Shown one piece after another: positions 6,623 to 16,800 of a stretch of 26,151 bases of DNA (positions are counted from its first letter, which is position 1; each line of letters starts with the position of its first letter). Where the stretch lies: positions 1 to 26,151 of IMG/VR virus record IMGVR_UViG_3300029288_000128; one strand, given 5' to 3'. Made by a program: the position numbers and the translations under genes. The notes beneath the pieces were generated by a model that did not search any database, had not been told where the DNA came from, and saw only the letters and a program-made list of their open reading frames with translations. The stretch comes from a virus (lineage: Duplodnaviria > Heunggongvirae > Uroviricota > Caudoviricetes).

Positions 6623-7003
6623 ATGAATGAACTTTATTCCGATTGTTTCATGATAGGAACTAATCCTAGCAAAAAAGGAGGAGGTTATGTTGTCACTGAC
6701 AACAAAGGCAATATTATTGATAAAGAAACAATCTACAGACCCGGGTTTACTAACAACGAAGGTGAACTTCTTGGCGTTCTCAGGGCCACAGAATTGATTG
6801 ACAGTCACGGAACTGTTTATACTGACAGCCAAAACACAATCAAGTGGATTAACAGAGGTTATAGTAAAGCACGTCCTGATCTGGGCCACATAATGGCAAG
6901 AGCCAAGAAAAACATAAAGATAAAGAACATAAAGCTTACATGGGTTCGTAGGGAAGTAAACAAAGCCGGTATCACTGTGGAGAAAACTCACAATTTATAT
7001 TAA
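6623..7003 (+). CDS. rnhA: Ribonuclease HI family protein
   Basis: D7, TNNEGEL (E48), YTDS (D68) and WVRREVNKA match RNase HI motifs; the fourth acidic residue is replaced by Gly. Confidence 0.9.
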   Translation: MNELYSDCFMIGTNPSKKGGGYVVTDNKGNIIDKETIYRPGFTNNEGELLGVLRATELIDSHGTVYTDSQNTIKWINRGYSKARPDLGHIMARAKKNIKIKNIKLTWVRREVNKAGITVEKTHNLY

Positions 7004-7027
7004 TTTACGACCACGTAAAACAAAAAT

Positions 7028-7180
7028 ATGTCTCCAAACGTTTTAAAAAGACAAGAGTGCGAAGTTTACAGCCGTGTTACAGGCTATATGAGGCCCGTGA
7101 AACAATGGAACGATGGTAAGAAGGCGGAATACATGGACAGAAAAACTTTTAAACTAGACAAAATGCTCCCGACTACATAA
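7028..7180 (+). CDS. Stand-alone NrdD (class III RNR) C-terminal glycyl-radical peptide (50 aa)
   Basis: Not in track. MSPNVLKRQECEVYSRVTGYMRPVKQWNDGKKAEYMDRKTFKLDKMLPTT*; R-V-x-G-Y glycyl loop and N-x-G-K-x-x-E-x-x-x-R motif of NrdD C-termini. Confidence 0.88.
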   Translation: MSPNVLKRQECEVYSRVTGYMRPVKQWNDGKKAEYMDRKTFKLDKMLPTT

Positions 7181-7194
7181 GTCTGGAGTTTTTT
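7166..7194 (+). terminator. Putative Rho-independent terminator
   Basis: CUCC-C-GAC-uacauaa-GUC-U-GGAG followed by UUUUUU. Confidence 0.6.
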
Positions 7195-7195
7195 A

Positions 7196-7224
7196 TTGAC
7201 AATTTACAATTTTAATGATAGAAT
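7196..7224 (+). promoter_or_regulatory. Near-consensus sigma70 promoter TTGACA-N17-TAGAAT with TGn extension; predicted leaderless mRNA
   Basis: -35 at 7196-7201, -10 at 7219-7224; ATG 7231 lies 6 nt downstream, at the expected +1. Confidence 0.8.
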
Positions 7225-7230
7225 ATTACT

Positions 7231-7656
7231 ATGTCACAACGTATAAGGTGTTATCCACCAAAAGATTTCTTAATTGCCTTCCTGGCAACAAGGAATGTCA
7301 ACGTAGTCGAAGACAAAGAGCAGATACTGCACTATTTTGGCAGTAGTTTTAAAGAATTGAAGTCATTAATCAAGGCAGACAAGCCTGATTTGGTGATTAT
7401 TAACAGTCCTGACCTTGAAATTAACGAAGAAGACCTGCAATTTTGCAATTACGTAGTAGATCCCATCTCATCGGACAAAGATCTCTACCAAAATGCTACA
7501 GTGAAGACGAATAACGCGCGTCTTTGCCAGATTTATTACAGAAAATTAGATCTACAACGCAGGATGACTATTTTCTACAGGGAAATACAACCTACGTCGT
7601 CATCTAGAGCAGGTGAATACTTAAACCGGTTCATTAAATTCATGCGTTGGGCATAG
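7231..7656 (+). CDS. Hypothetical protein (141 aa)
   Basis: ORF track; has its own promoter; contains KPDLVIINS. Confidence 0.85.
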   Translation: MSQRIRCYPPKDFLIAFLATRNVNVVEDKEQILHYFGSSFKELKSLIKADKPDLVIINSPDLEINEEDLQFCNYVVDPISSDKDLYQNATVKTNNARLCQIYYRKLDLQRRMTIFYREIQPTSSSRAGEYLNRFIKFMRWA

Positions 7657-7883
7657 TTTGCCCATCTCTCGACATGGCGAAGAGACGCGTCATGTCTGGA
7701 AGGTGTAATATATAAACCATCGAGACGCTTCGGCGTATATCCTTCACGGAAAAGAACAGAAATTATAAATACTTCTTTCTTTCCGATTCCCTCAACATCA
7801 TCGATGCCTGTCGTGTATTACATTTCTATTGCTATGTTGAGGGATGAGCTAATTATGATTACGACACCCAATCTACTCGGGTG
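7648..7883 (+). ncRNA. Candidate structured RNA or 5' leader of the giant gene (family not recognised)
   Basis: Consecutive hairpins: 7648-7664, 7671-7696, 7699-7745 (with ACGC-UUCG-GCGU), 7747-7785, 7788-7798/7834-7844 (11 bp perfect), 7865-7883. Confidence 0.5.
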
Positions 7884-7894
7884 CCCTGTTAAAA

Positions 7895-10800
7895 ATGAAT
7901 ATAGACAAACAACAATACACGAATACCGTCTTAGCAGCTAAGAATAAACTGAAGAATGGAACTTCTTGGGGCGATGTTTGGAATGAAGTCAAGTCTAAAT
8001 TCAAAGAACTACCTAACGAACAGATAGATTACGATCTCGGGCCTGAGTGGCGCGAGGCGAATGCTTATCAAAAATATTTAAAAGGGAATCTACCTCCCGT
8101 ACGATCGACAGTGAAGTATAATTACTTCGCTGATTTGGAATTGGCCAAAGCCAAACTAAACAAAGGCTTCGATCTCGCCAAAGTGCAGAACGAGTTGACT
8201 AGTAAGTATAAGAGTTTAGATTCTAAACAAGTTCTTACAGACCTAGGTGCACAGTACAAGCTACCTAAAGCCGGGCCCATGACTCCTGAGATCAAGAAAC
8301 TCCAGACCGTTACTCCTAAAGAGGAACTCAAACTAAAGGCCTACCAGAAAACATTAGATCCCGATTACCTTAGTGGTAAGAAGGATCCTGTTAAAGATGC
8401 CGTTAAGATTGAGAAAGAAGCCATTGACCAGGCCAAAAGGATTGACGACTACAATAAACCCGAGCCAACTGTTACCGTAGTAGAACCAAAGCAGCAGGAC
8501 GTCACCATTGTTGAGCCCAAGCCACAGAAAGTTGAAGTCGTTGATCAACGTATGTCAGAGAAGCCAAAAGTAGATCTGGATACGAACCCTTATACACCAG
8601 AAAAAGAACCTTTTGTCAAGCCACTAAAGGTAGATGATACAAGGACTTCTTCCGATACCGCTCATAGATTGAATCTTTTCTTTGATAACGATCCTGATGT
8701 CGCCAATCTTGATAGAAAGTACGGCAACAATCTAGATGCTATACACCAGCCAGGGAATGAAGACATCTTCAATGAAGTTGTGGGTGTTACGCTGCCTAAG
8801 ATGCAGGAACTCGTTAAGCCAATAATGGCTGACAATAAGTCAGGCATGGATTATATATCAGAACAACTTGATAAGTTCTACGATGAGACCAAAGTAACGC
8901 CTTACTGGCAGAGCCGGATCAAAGCAGTGACTGATAAGATGATCGCCGATCCGAACATTGATAATAAGAAACTCCCCAACCCATTCTTTACAGAAACGGT
9001 ATTCCCAAAATATGAACTAACATTAGCGGACCTACAGCCAAAGATAGATGCCGTGCAGTCAATGAGCACTATAAGCCATATTCAACCCACTATTAAGAAG
9101 GACGACAAGACCATAACCGTCATGTCTCAGATACCAAATAGCACGCCGATGATTGTTATCCCGGATCAAGTTGTACGTGATATGACAACCAGGAAGCTGA
9201 CAAAGGAAATAAACCTAGAAGAATGGCAGATCGAGTTGTCCAAGGCGCGAAGAGACAAGGAACTTGCAGTCACTGGCAAGATCCCGGCTATTCAAAAGAA
9301 ATTTAATGATGAAGTAGCTAAACTTGATGCATTGAAAAAGGCCACAGGTATTCCAGAGGATAGCATTATTAGAAAAACTCAAGTGGCAGAAAGAGAAATG
9401 ACTACCCAGGAAGGGGAGATATTACAATATATAAATACAAAATTGTCAAAAGCGTTCTCTTTTAAAGGGACCGAGTCTGTCAACGCTCTTAGATCCAAAC
9501 ATGGCGCCGCGATAGCTGAACTCTCCAAGAGCCTGAAAGTTTTGTCTGACTTGAATTCTTTTAACACAACTCGTAACGAACTTAGTGCTACGTATCAGAA
9601 GACAGCGCTTACCGAACAAGCTCTTACCAAAAAATATAAACAAACCAATTCTGATATAGAGAAACTTATTGCTGTTCCAGGAATGAAGAGTTATATAGAG
9701 GGTGCACAAAAAGATCCGGCACAGATAACCCCTGCCGAATATACTTCTCTTATTAATTTCCAAGCCGATAACAAGGCAAACATCAATAAACTTATCGAGT
9801 TAGGTAAGCAGGTAGAAAACATTCGGGCAGAAATGTCAAGGAACTCCATAGCCGGGAACAACGCGGCCAAAAGATATCAAGAGATAAGCGATGACATCAA
9901 GTCTAGCTTTAATGGCGCCGTCGCCGGCATAACCTCAACTAACTTCAAACAGATTGTTACGTCAGGAAACATCATGTCAGCCACAGAAGCGGACGATCTG
10001 ATTAAAACAATCAAAGGATATGATGCCAACAAGAGGTTCGTTGAATCGAACAATGACAAATACCTAAAGGAACTCGACAAGTACGACATGAAAACCCAGA
10101 AGCTGTTACTCGAAGAGGCTGTCATACAAGATAATATACAAAACATCTATAATGACCTAATAAAAGTTTCGAACGAGGTTACTGATGCTGATAAACGTAT
10201 CGCAAAATATAGCGGCTTCGATGAAGTGGCTAGACTTAAACATGAAAGCCAAGTCCAAGAAGCTGTATTAAAAGCCAACTATAATCCTTTTGCCTGGAAG
10301 ACTTTGAAAACCGCAACAGAAGAAGTCTTCGGAGAAAGCGCAACGGCTATGGACGTCACGGATGTAAGACTAGCTGCCGGCAAGAGCGTACTCGGCGGCA
10401 CAGGAGAACTTGCAATGGATATAATCTCAACGGTAGGTAAAGGATTGATACAGATCCCGCGCGTAGCTATCAATTCAATTGATGGTGTAGTTAAACTTGG
10501 CGCGGCCATGGGTAATTACCAGCTTTCTAACATGGAGAATCTTGGTATTAAAGGTAGCGAGATAGACTGGCTTAAACAACAGAACCAAAAGATAATAGAT
10601 TCACCTTGGCTCGCCGATGAGATGGGCAAGGGTATCGCGGCCGAAGCAGCTGATTATTATAAGAACCTACATACATACGTATTGCCTCAGATAGTAATGC
10701 ACGCTGGAGATACTGTTAAATTGTTAGAAGGTTTCTGCAACTTTGGTGAAGAAGGAACCGATATAGCGCGAGACTGGTTTCTTAATGGTGTTAAAAACGC

Positions 10801-13800
10801 AGGACTTTCGCAAGATGCAGTTAACTTGATAGAATCATTTAGCGAGGTCATTGATCCATACATATATGGCAGCAGATTATTGCATGCCATACGTTTAAAT
10901 ATGAATGACCCCGATCTCCCAGAGAATGCCGATCTATTATGGACGGAGTACGATAAGAAGACCGTCACCACGACAATAGATGGGCCATTGGAAAACTTTC
11001 TTGATCCATGGAACCAGGAAAGGATAGAAGAAATCAAAGAACTCAATAAAGGAATCAAAGATTTTAATAACATCCCGGCCGGGACAGAGCTTATTATTTA
11101 TCCAGGCAACCCATACGCTAGCCAGATCATGAAAGACATGGACAAAAGACAGAAGTTTATTGCAGGGATGCAGTCAGAAGAAAGATTTATAACAGACGAA
11201 ACGACATCTTTGTACGATATTGTCAAGGTAGGGCCAGACAGAGAAAAGATTATCACTTCTATTCTGGACTTAAATGATTTCAATGCACTTGGGTTGAATT
11301 CTAAGAATACTAATGACTGGACCGAGATACCTAAGGGCATCACGATACGCATCCCGAAGGCATTTGATGAACCATTGGTAGCCAATATCTTACTCAGCAC
11401 GTCTGCTAGATTAAAATATGCAAAGGAACATCCTATACGTTACACGTTGTTTAACGAAGCTTTGATATTGGGAACAGATCCGATTAACTATCTATGGGCC
11501 CCTGGGATGCAGGCAATCAAGCTTGGATCAACATCAGTATTAAAGGCTGGGTATTCTAAACTTGCTACGGCCGCAGAGAAATCAGCTTATCTAGCAACGA
11601 CTAAGAAGATGGCAGACTTCACTTGGAGTTTGTCTAGGGTTTTGTTTGAAAAGAAAGCCCCATTACCACAATTATATAACAACCCAGATAATTTAAGTTT
11701 CTTCAAGCTAGTTAAGAATGGAATGGAATTCAAGAGCATGGATCTTACAACGCTGTCTTCGTTAAGAACCAAGCTGGCTGCCATGTCCGTAGTCAATTCA
11801 CTCCCAGATATGTTCAGGCCTATCGTCAAGATGACCGACAATGAGATAGAAAACTTACGTGAATTAAATACAATCAAATATTTGCAGGGGCTTGAAGATG
11901 TGACAAAGACTCAGGGCCTTGCCAAAGATCAAATAGAAACATTCCTATCCAATTATATAAAGGATCAGAAAGGCGCCACTACCAGAGAGCGCGAGATCTT
12001 CCATGTGTTCTCGGAGAAACTCGGACTAGGTACTCAAGAAATCGAAGACATGATCGGCAAGACTCACCCGGAACTTTACTATAACAAAGTAGTCACTACT
12101 AAAGTCACAAACATAAAGGATATAGTAGACAAAGATATTATGGCAGACAAGGCCAAGTACGATGAGATTGTTAGGATAAACCAGTTCAAGGAACGCAAGA
12201 TCGATCCGGAGAAGATCCCAACAGGATTCAAAGTTGTTGTCAGTGAAGACAACTTCATTAAGCGCGTTAAGGATCAGATCTATTATTCCAGATTCGTCAC
12301 TAAGCCAGAACAGGAATACATGATGTTGCGCATGGGCAAGCTAGATGACATCGGTAACGAAGCTTTACTTAACTTCTTTAGACGCACATCTGTTAATGGC
12401 GAGCCGATCAGATTGATTATGAATCAGAAAGAACTGGATCAAGCAATTAGAAGAATGCATCTCAAATATCCTAAGGCTAAAGAATCAATCAATAAGGCCG
12501 TAGATGTGGCAAAGGAATACAGACGTAGAACAAAGTTCTATGCCAATGCAGTCAGCCAACAGATTCTTGTCCCGATCAAGATGACATCCAATATGAAGAT
12601 GTTTGTTTTGGATAGCAAGAATCCACTTGATTACAAATTATTAAAAGACAAACAAGCTTTCACCACGATCAAGAATCCTGACACTGGTGAAATGATTTTG
12701 ATATACAACAAGAACTATGCCAGCAAGATCGGACTAGGTATGGATCTTATCGCCTACAATGCTAAGTTGTACGGCAAGAAGATCTTAAACCTAGACGAAG
12801 CTATTGGCACAATGTCTACCAGCCTAAGGAAGATGGAAGTATCCGGAGGTAAAACTGAACGCACTTGGTTCAGAGAAAATCCTGATGGTTCTATTGAACT
12901 AGTTCAGCAACCTGCCACAGGTGGCAAAGCGAAAGTGGAGTTCACTCTTAAGAAAGGAACTGCAGCAGATAATATTACTCTACGTAATCTACTCGTTACT
13001 GCTGCTATCAGAAAAGAAATAGGTTGGCTTAGGAAATTTTTCAACAAACAAGAATACGCCATAATCTTTGGTAACAGAGAGAAGGGTATCAAAGGTTTGT
13101 TGGATAATATAATAGAGCTAAGCGGCAAGAAGATCAAAGTTAAGCAATCATACGAGAGAGACATGGGAGAAGTGCTTGATGATTTGCAACGCTTAGGTGC
13201 AGCTGGAAACAGAAAGAAATTTTCCATAGATGAACAAGATCTAGAAATATTTTCTGGTGATAGTCAGATAGAATTTTTGTTATCGCTGGCAGCTTCTATC
13301 CAAGATATTTATAGAACAAACAAAAGTATTTTTAATATAACACATGGCATTTTGAAAAAGACCAAAGAAGAAATCCAACGCAGTCTCGCCGCAGGCAAGA
13401 TGCCAGTACACAAGATGACTCCAGTAGAAGATCTGACTCTTTTGATTATGGACAAAGTCGAGAAGAATAAAAACTTCTTTGGAGGGAACAGCAAGATCAT
13501 TGATAAACTTTTAGGCGATGTGAATATAACAGACACGGAGAAATCCTCTATAGCTAAAGAAGTAGAATCATTAGCCAACTCTAGAAAGCAAATGCTTAAA
13601 GCCAAAAGGATTCTAAATAAGATGAGAGACGGTGGCTTTGCGAAGAACACAGTCGATGATATAAACCGTGGAATTAAAACGCAGTTTACTTTCAATACAT
13701 TAAAAGGCGAAAGCCGAGAAGCAGCGGTAGGTCGCGTACTTAAAACTATTCCAGGTTTCATCTCGCCTGAAGATGCGTCACGGTTCAAACTTGGCAAGTT

Positions 13801-16800
13801 GTCAGATGAAGCTGCGATGCAGATGGACTTCATGCACAAAGCGCTATACGCTTATGCTGCCAATCCAATCAATGAACAGTTCACTTATCTTATAAGCCGT
13901 AACATACCACAAGAAGCTTTGCCAGGAGCGATCACAGAATATTCCAAGCCTATTCTTGAGGCCTTTGTTAAACTAAGTAAGAAGCTTGATGATGAACATG
14001 GCGCACCAAAAGAAAGATTCACATCCATAATTGAGGATGCTGTTCATCATGCCCAAGATAGTCTTGTAGTTTTGAAACTTACAGCTGGGCAGATGGCTAA
14101 AGATGTCGTGGCCAAGCTAGATACGCTTGAATTGGAAGTGGCCAAAGCCAAAAAGCAAATGCTTAAAGACACTGGGACTTTTAATAAGTCTAAGTTTGGT
14201 AAGAAGTATCAAGCATTCACAAAGGTTGCTCAAGATAATCTGACCAGATCATCATCCAGATATAAACAACTTCTCGAGGAAGCTGAAGCTTATGCTAAGA
14301 AATATGGTACAGAATTTCATGACAGACTGTCTGCCGAGATGGAATTCATGCCAAGTTCAAGACTACAATCCGACTTTGTTATAACACCAGAGATTGAAAA
14401 GGCTTTGTACTCTGTGAAAACCGGCGAACACAAAGGCTCCACACTTGTTATAAGTAATCGTACTCCGGAAGAAGCGGCGGTGATCGAGTACTTGAGAAGC
14501 AAGCCAAATGAATTCTTAGAAGGTTCTGACTTTGTGGTAGAGAAAGCTGACGAAATTAAAGATCTAATGACGTCAGAAGAAATTGTAGAGTTAATGTACA
14601 AGCGCAATCTGAATCCTCTTGCTTATTGGATGCTAGATAATCAAAACGGATTGACAATGTACAAAGACAGTATAGTTAGATTGCTCAGTCTTTCTGTTGA
14701 CCCGACAGTGAGCAGAGAATTAAAACAAGTATACTACGATAAATTGTATAGATTCATGATTAACTCGAATGTAATGAGTTTTGATTTGTTTAAAAAAGAT
14801 TTACCTCACTTATCTGCCGAACGTCTGATGTTAATGAGTCCACAGCAATTGACTAAAGAAATCATGACTAGCAATGTCAGCGTTGCGCGCAAGCAAGAGT
14901 TACTCAAACTTGCCAAGGCTAAAGGCGCAGAGATGTTGCAGAAACAGTTGGAACTTTCTGATATAGAGAAAGCTACTACAGCAGGAGCTACAGAATCTAA
15001 ACTAGAATCATTGTCATCTGGTATTGTCCGATCCAAAAAGCAAACTCCTGTTGGAGAAAATCTTTCAAGAGCGGAACAGCCAGATTATATAGACCCGGAT
15101 AGATTGAGAGAAGGATCACTGAATCCTACTGAGAACAAAGATTCGAGAATAAATATAGATCAAAACGAAAAGTTGTTTGATGAAATGGAGAACTTGAATG
15201 CTGCCCTGTATGCAGTTAGGAAGGCGCTAGGTATCGAAGATCTTACCAAGCTTACTAAAGGAAAAGTTGCAGATAACCAATCATTACTGTGGAAGATTGA
15301 GAAATCATTTGATGGAGATATTGCCACTGAAGACGAACTTAAACTGTTATCGATGGCCAATGGCAATTACATAGCAGTAGGTGGTGCAGAATTTACAAAA
15401 GAAACTACGCGCAGAATGGCAAAGGCCAAACTACCGATAACAGAATTTGATAATGATAAGTTTGTGTCTGATATGGCTACTGCGTTAGATGCCCCGTCAG
15501 CCATGGGGCACGAAGATCTAGAGAAAAGAATCTTAGACACGGCCGGTACTTCTGAAATGCGTGCCAAAGTGGCCAAGATAGATGACGAACTAGCAACTGT
15601 AAATAATAGCGAAGCGAATTTAAGAGCCACGATATACTCTGATACCAAATTATTAGATGACGCAACGAAGAAAGGCCGAGCCGATAAAGTGACGGCCATA
15701 GAATCTGATCTTGTTTCTTACAGGAAGGCACTGGTCACTGTAGAAAGCAAGAAGAATGCATTAGAATTGGAAAGAGATAGTTTGTCAAGGAAGATTGATG
15801 CCAATACTAACGCTACTGATTTTCTCGTTAACAATAAATTCGATGGAGATTCATTCAAATATATTGAGAAGCGCATCGCCGAGATAGATAATAGTATTTC
15901 TAGAACTGAACGTCTTATCAAGTCAACGACTGACCGACAAACACTCGGGAATCTTCTTATATCTAAAAGAATGCTTGAAGCCGAAAGAAATATGTACAAT
16001 GCGGCCAAGCGCATGATAGTTCCATGGAATATAGCTACAATGAACGGCGTTCAGTTTACTGCCAAAGAAATATACCAAGCCGCCAAGGGATATATTTCAC
16101 CAGAGATGGAATCTAAACTGGCCACACTGGGCCCTAAGGTTGCCGAGTACATCAAGGACGCTAATGCCGGGAACATGAAAGCTATCGGTCTCGATGATAT
16201 CAACTTGCCAACAGTCAAGATGACCAAGATAAACAAAGACTCTATCCGAGATCTGTTTTATAAGCCTATTGAAGAGGGCAAGATCGGCCATCCTAGCGCG
16301 ATGAGGGTTCCAAAGGTTGATACTATCACAATTGAAACGATGCGTGATTCTGAGGCCATTGTGGCTGCAATAAAAGACCTTATAGAAAGGACTTCGAAAG
16401 AACAGAGATACCCATATGTGATCGATATGACCGGGAACTTGGCCAAAAGACTTGAACGTCTTGACCCAGAGCTGGCCAAGAAGGTTCACATAGTGAATAA
16501 AGATTACTTTACTCATGATTCTTTGGCTAATATTAACGCAACCGCTGGAACAATACTCACGGACAGCGAAGTTAAGGCCTATGAAGAAATAATCAAAGGC
16601 ATAAACGAGCATGGCCCAGTCTGGATATTCGGAGAAAAGTCAGCCAAGGTTAACGCGGATACTATCAAAGATGCATTCTATAAGAAGGCACTTGATGAAG
16701 ACGAGCGTCTATTACTGAGACAAGCAAGAATAGATAGCGATAGAATCACTAAGAAATTTAGAGAATCATCACCCGGTTCTGCCATGTTCTACCCTAAGGA

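Noticed and set aside
6572-6991. Minus-strand 139-aa ORF
   Set aside because: Antisense shadow of the RNase H gene.
15305-15853. Two FDGD strings in the giant protein suggesting a virion RNA polymerase
   Set aside because: They read SFDGD and KFDGD rather than a DxDxD catalytic motif, and no T7/N4-type motif A or B (R...K......YG) was found. A profile search is needed to exclude this fully.
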